Shown here piece by piece: positions 60,787-64,000 of a stretch of DNA of 64,000 nt. The notes below the pieces were generated by a model. The model was not told where the DNA came from. It made no database searches and worked only from the letters and a program-made list of their open reading frames with translations. Location of the stretch: NCBI GenBank assembly GCA_964188305.1, contig OZ076895.1; one strand, 5' to 3'. Position numbers and translations under genes: made by a program. Every line of letters starts with the position of its first letter. Positions within the stretch are counted from its first letter, which is position 1. The stretch comes from Podarcis bocagei (Eukaryota).

Positions 60787-63373
60787 GCTGAATTCCTGAA
60801 AAATTGAGAACCAAAACTATTATTGGCTCTAATTTTATACAGGTATGTTAATTTTTGATGACTGCATGAGAACTGATAATAACATTCATATTTTTAACAG
60901 TAGAAGAGAACAGGGCACAACTACCTAGTTCACATGTCATTATACACCATAGTGAAAAACAAACTATGGTTTAATGTAAACTAGCAGCATGTTCAGTGGT
61001 TCTTGCTCTGTCTCTGTGCTGCTGGCCTGTTATGAACCTCGACTCGTGGTTTGTCTCCCTCAAACAAACCACGGTAGTAAGCCAAGAACAGATCTAAAGA
61101 TATGCTCATGGTTTATTTGGAAAGAAATGAGCTTGGATTTGGATGTCATGAAAAGTCAGATGCTGGCTTGTTTCCCAGCAGAGGTGCAGCAACAGGGAAG
61201 AAGTGGAACGACAACACGTGCACAGTGTGCACTAGCATGCAGATTGTTCACATTAAACCAAACTTTGTTTTTAATTACGGTTAAATATGATGTGTGAACT
61301 GGGCTAGTATATAACAGGAAAACTAGTCCATCAGCCAAGATATATTGTATTTTTTTGCAAATGTGTCATTCCAAGTACATAAGGCAAGTTCCACAAGTCC
61401 ACAATATGAGTGTAACAGCTATATTCTCAAAGCTTACCGATACGCCACGCTGTTGATATTGCCTGTGTCGCCCACTGCTTTTCCTGGGGAATGGGGTGTG
61501 TTTTGTAGATTCTAAAAAGTAACGCAAACCAAGGTGAGACCTATGTCTTCAAAGTCACAAAGCATACATGGTATACTTTTTTACTGTAAGGACTCCAAAA
61601 TTATTAAGTTGCTTTGTGAGCACCTCGTTATACAGTTGACTCACAACTTGCATATATTTAACTTGCACAATCGCAGCTTTATGTTATTGATGGCTGGCCA
61701 ACTGAAATTACACAAATTAAACGCACACAAGGGCCATCCAAGATCTTATGAGAGCCTCCCAAGCATATAGGAGAGCTTCCCAGAGCATCCTTCACTGCCA
61801 AATCCAGAGTCCCACTACTCCCACCAGACAAGGCTGAAAAATTGGGTGGAGGGATGCTTGGGGAGGCATAAAATGCCTCTTTGCTGAGTTGGTGCAGTGA
61901 AGAGGCCTAAACTGGGGCAGTTTGCTGTCACATGACAGAAGTAGGAGAGTTCAGGATCTCACAGATCCTGTTCTGGCTCTGCCCCCTCAATACCCCATTT
62001 CAGGGGTTTCCGCTGGTGACACTTCTGCTTTCCCATTTGGAAGGCGGCATTAGAGATCTCATTGCCATCTCAACCAAAACCCCTCCAGAGCAGATTGGGT
62101 GTTAAATAACAGAGCAATTCCAATCACAGACTATACTTTTGCATCTCATTAACATTCAACTTTTGCCATCCAGTTTTCTGCTTTATATACCTGCTAACTA
62201 AGATTTCACCATGCATCTAGTGAAGTGGGCTTGAGTCCATAAAACTGAATAAATTTATTAATCTTTATTTCTCCTTCCTACTTCAAGAAGAAAACTGTGG
62301 TCTTTTAAGTTCTTCACTGTGAGCTATGGTCATTTCAATAAAGTCCAATCTGATTACCACCAAGGTAATTTTTTGATCTAAACAGTAATCAGAAACATAA
62401 TAAAAATATCTGTCCTTACTTCTTGTCTTTTCTTTGAATCCTCTCTGGCTGCTCCAAAACGTCTAGTTAATCTTGCAATTTTAGCCTTAAAAAAAGAGAA
62501 ATATGACAGAGAAATCAAATACAATCTCAAAAAGTATTTTAGTTTATCCCTCTCTACACCTCCATTCGCTTCTATAATTGCTGCCCAAGAGCCAGACCCT
62601 TCTCTTCTGTGAGAGTGGTTAAGCTGTAAGGTAAAGGTAAAGGGACCCCTGACCGTTAGGTCCAGTCATGACCGACTCTGGGGTTGCGGTGCTCATCTCG
62701 CTTTATTGGCTGAGGGAGCCGGCGTACAGCTTCCGGGTCATGTGGCCAGCATGACTAAGCCGCTTCTGGCGAACCAGAGTAGCGCACGGAAATGTCGTTT
62801 ACCTTCCCGCCGGAGCGGTACCTATTTATCTACTTGCACTTTGCCGTGCTTTCAAACTGCTACATTGGCAGGAGCAGGGACCAAGCAACGGGAGCTTACC
62901 CCATTGCGGGGATTCAAACCGCCGACCTTCTGATTGGCAAGTCCTAGGCTCTGTGGTTTAACCCAGAGTGGCACCCACGTCTGGTTAAGCTGTAGCTCCT
63001 CATTAAACACAGCTTAACAAGCATTTCCTAAAAGAACCTTTTCTTTTGCCAAAAGCTAGCACTAAACTGATATGTAGATTGTATTTCAACACAAACGATA
63101 AAACAAACACAAAACCAAAGAAGAAAAAAAAAGAGTACTAATATCTGAAGGAACAATTACACACACCAACAGGAGCCTTACTTATATTTTTTGAAAAACA
63201 ATGCCACAAAGTCTTAAGCAGATCTGCATATATACCTGTAATTCGGTAAGGACAGTTTTATGTCTCTTGCTACATTCAATCTTATCTACTCTGGTTTTCA
63301 GATCTGCTAGATTTTTATCAAACACAGCACACTGCAGTGCGTTGAACTTTTCTTCTAGCAACCGCTGGATGAC
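48317..63373 (-). CDS. ATF7IP: Activating transcription factor 7-interacting protein 1 (MCAF1/mAM), 3' part; 11 exons, 680 aa
   Basis: Exons sum to 2043 nt in frame: SETDB1-binding coiled coil (LQCAVFDK...[15 protein letters not shown]), S/T/P-rich middle, [16 protein letters not shown]-terminal FNIII ([11 protein letters not shown]...[14 protein letters not shown]...[14 protein letters not shown]). The 5' exons lie beyond the window end. Confidence 0.97.
49844..49956 (-). CDS. ATF7IP: ATF7IP exon ([38 protein letters not shown])
   Basis: gctctag acceptor, tca|gtaagc donor. Confidence 0.95.
50343..50528 (-). CDS. ATF7IP: ATF7IP exon ([14 protein letters not shown]...[14 protein letters not shown]...NPQNS)
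   Basis: cttctag acceptor, g|gtaagc donor. Confidence 0.95.
51071..51223 (-). CDS. ATF7IP: ATF7IP exon (GKKQNQS...RPLQPVQ...[10 protein letters not shown])
   Basis: aagcag acceptor, g|gtaaga donor. Confidence 0.92.
51680..51763 (+). mobile_element. Sauria SINE / BovB-type 3' fragment
   Basis: aaagcaagatgagcactgcaacccc...gactggacttaac...caggggtcctgtacctttac matches the 3' ends of the other copies. Confidence 0.75.
51812..52522. mobile_element. Tigger-like MITE, CpG-rich, with internal hairpins and a 3x ~59-bp tandem repeat
   Basis: TA|CAGTGGTGCCTCGCAAGACGAA ... TTCGTCTTGCGGGGTACCACTG|TA. Confidence 0.88.
53664..53733 (-). CDS. ATF7IP: ATF7IP exon carrying the SUMO-interacting motif ([23 protein letters not shown])
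   Basis: cttccag acceptor, g|gtaagc donor; VIDLT at 53695-53709. Confidence 0.95.
56615..56700 (-). CDS. ATF7IP: ATF7IP exon ([10 protein letters not shown]...[10 protein letters not shown])
   Basis: ccttcag acceptor, cag|gtaggt donor. Confidence 0.88.
56932..57582 (-). CDS. ATF7IP: ATF7IP large S/T/P-rich exon (VSATPLSTP...[11 protein letters not shown]...GNVEFIPVQ...APRV)
   Basis: Core of ORF 56894-57583; ttttgtag acceptor, g|gtaagt donor. Confidence 0.95.
59454..59546 (+). mobile_element. Penelope-like element terminal remnant with hammerhead core
   Basis: ctgaagaagtgtgcatgcacatgaaagcttatacc...ttagttggtctctaaaggtgctact; flanked by the 13-bp direct repeat ttggtttcagaat (59441-59453, 59547-59559). 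Confidence 0.75.
60438..60526 (-). CDS. ATF7IP: ATF7IP exon ([16 protein letters not shown]...SPVNT)
   Basis: ttccacag acceptor, g|gtagaa donor. Confidence 0.94.
60688..60785 (+). repeat. L2-like 3' end with (ATT)n microsatellite tail (60743-60785)
   Basis: agccacccagaggggctggg...cagtcagatggatggggtataa followed by about 14 ATT units. Confidence 0.7.
60926..61301. mobile_element. Degenerate TIR element (PIF/Harbinger-like MITE)
   Basis: ctagttcacatgtcat...aaacaaactatggtttaatgtaaac mirrored by gttcacattaaaccaaactttgttt...atgatgtgtgaactgg. Confidence 0.6.
61438..61511 (-). CDS. ATF7IP: ATF7IP exon ([25 protein letters not shown])
   Basis: tttttag acceptor, cg|gtaagc donor; phases fit. Confidence 0.9.
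62420..62485 (-). CDS. ATF7IP: ATF7IP exon ([22 protein letters not shown])
   Basis: ttttaag acceptor, gaa|gtaagg donor. Confidence 0.94.
62629..62981 (-). mobile_element. Sauria SINE, near full length
   Basis: Reverse complement of the family above; 13-bp TSD tggttaagctgta at 62616-62628 and 62982-62994. Confidence 0.93.
63236..63373 (-). CDS. ATF7IP: ATF7IP exon (VIQRLLEEK...[11 protein letters not shown])
   Basis: Minus-strand tttcgtag acceptor, cag|gtatat donor. Confidence 0.95.
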
Positions 63374-64000
63374 CTACGAAAACACATGAAAATGCTAATA
63401 TTAACATTTTATATACAGTACAATTAGCATGTATGTCACTCAGCATTACATAACTCTTTATTAGGTTATCTAATTAAACTTTATTTTAGTATTTAAACAA
63501 AACTTAAGGTCAATAATTAGGTTTTTGCTTGTTAATCATGTAATTTCATTAAACATGTCTATGCAAAATCTTTTTTGGATCTCAGTGTTTGCAAGCAAGT
63601 GAAATCATTCTCAGCATTCCTTTTTGGATCCACACCCTTAATGGTTTTAGAGGAAGAGTCATACTTGTTAGTTTGTAGTGTCTAAAATGCCAACTATGTC
63701 CCATATTTATTTGTAGACTGTGTTCTTTACAAAATGCATTTGAAAAGGGATTTCCTCTTATAGTTTAGAGCACAAAATCTACAACTTATTTAAGGGTTAT
63801 ATTTGTATATAACATAGAAAGTTACAGATAGACAACATCTTCTAGTGTCTTTCCAGCACCCACTAAAGACTTTCGTCTCCCAACAAGCCATTTAAGTGGA
63901 TATATTTATCCCAGTTTTGACCACAATGTCAATGAAACTGTATTTATATATTTTTATTGTTATTTTGATTATTATATTATTTTGGGGTGCATTATACAAA

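Overview
Vertebrate genomic DNA, most likely a lacertid lizard (inferred from lacertid-type Sauria SINEs and other squamate repeats). It holds the conserved GUCY2C-PLBD1-ATF7IP gene block. (1) The last 6 coding exons of GUCY2C (+, 148-11384) give an intact guanylyl cyclase catalytic domain and a STYL C-terminus. (2) PLBD1 is complete (+, 11 exons, 14358-37972, 1671 nt CDS = 556 aa) with a CpG-island promoter. (3) The last 11 coding exons of ATF7IP/MCAF1 (-, 63373 down to 48317, 680 aa) are followed by a ~4.2 kb 3'UTR. All exons were placed by hand with GT-AG boundaries and consistent phases. Introns and intergenic DNA contain Sauria SINEs, CR1/L2 fragments, Penelope remnants and several TA-flanked Tc1/mariner-pogo MITEs. 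I found no new gene system; nearly all other ORFs in the track are shadows or repeat-derived. The best leads are small cis features: a Penelope-derived minimal hammerhead ribozyme remnant, a Penelope remnant that appears to supply the branch point of PLBD1 exon 6, a hairpin-packed CpG-rich MITE in an ATF7IP intron, a strong CTCF motif between the convergent genes, and an Ets-IRF composite site plus a 2-codon uORF at the PLBD1 promoter. Repeat family names and orthologue comparisons come from recalled consensus sequences, not from searches.
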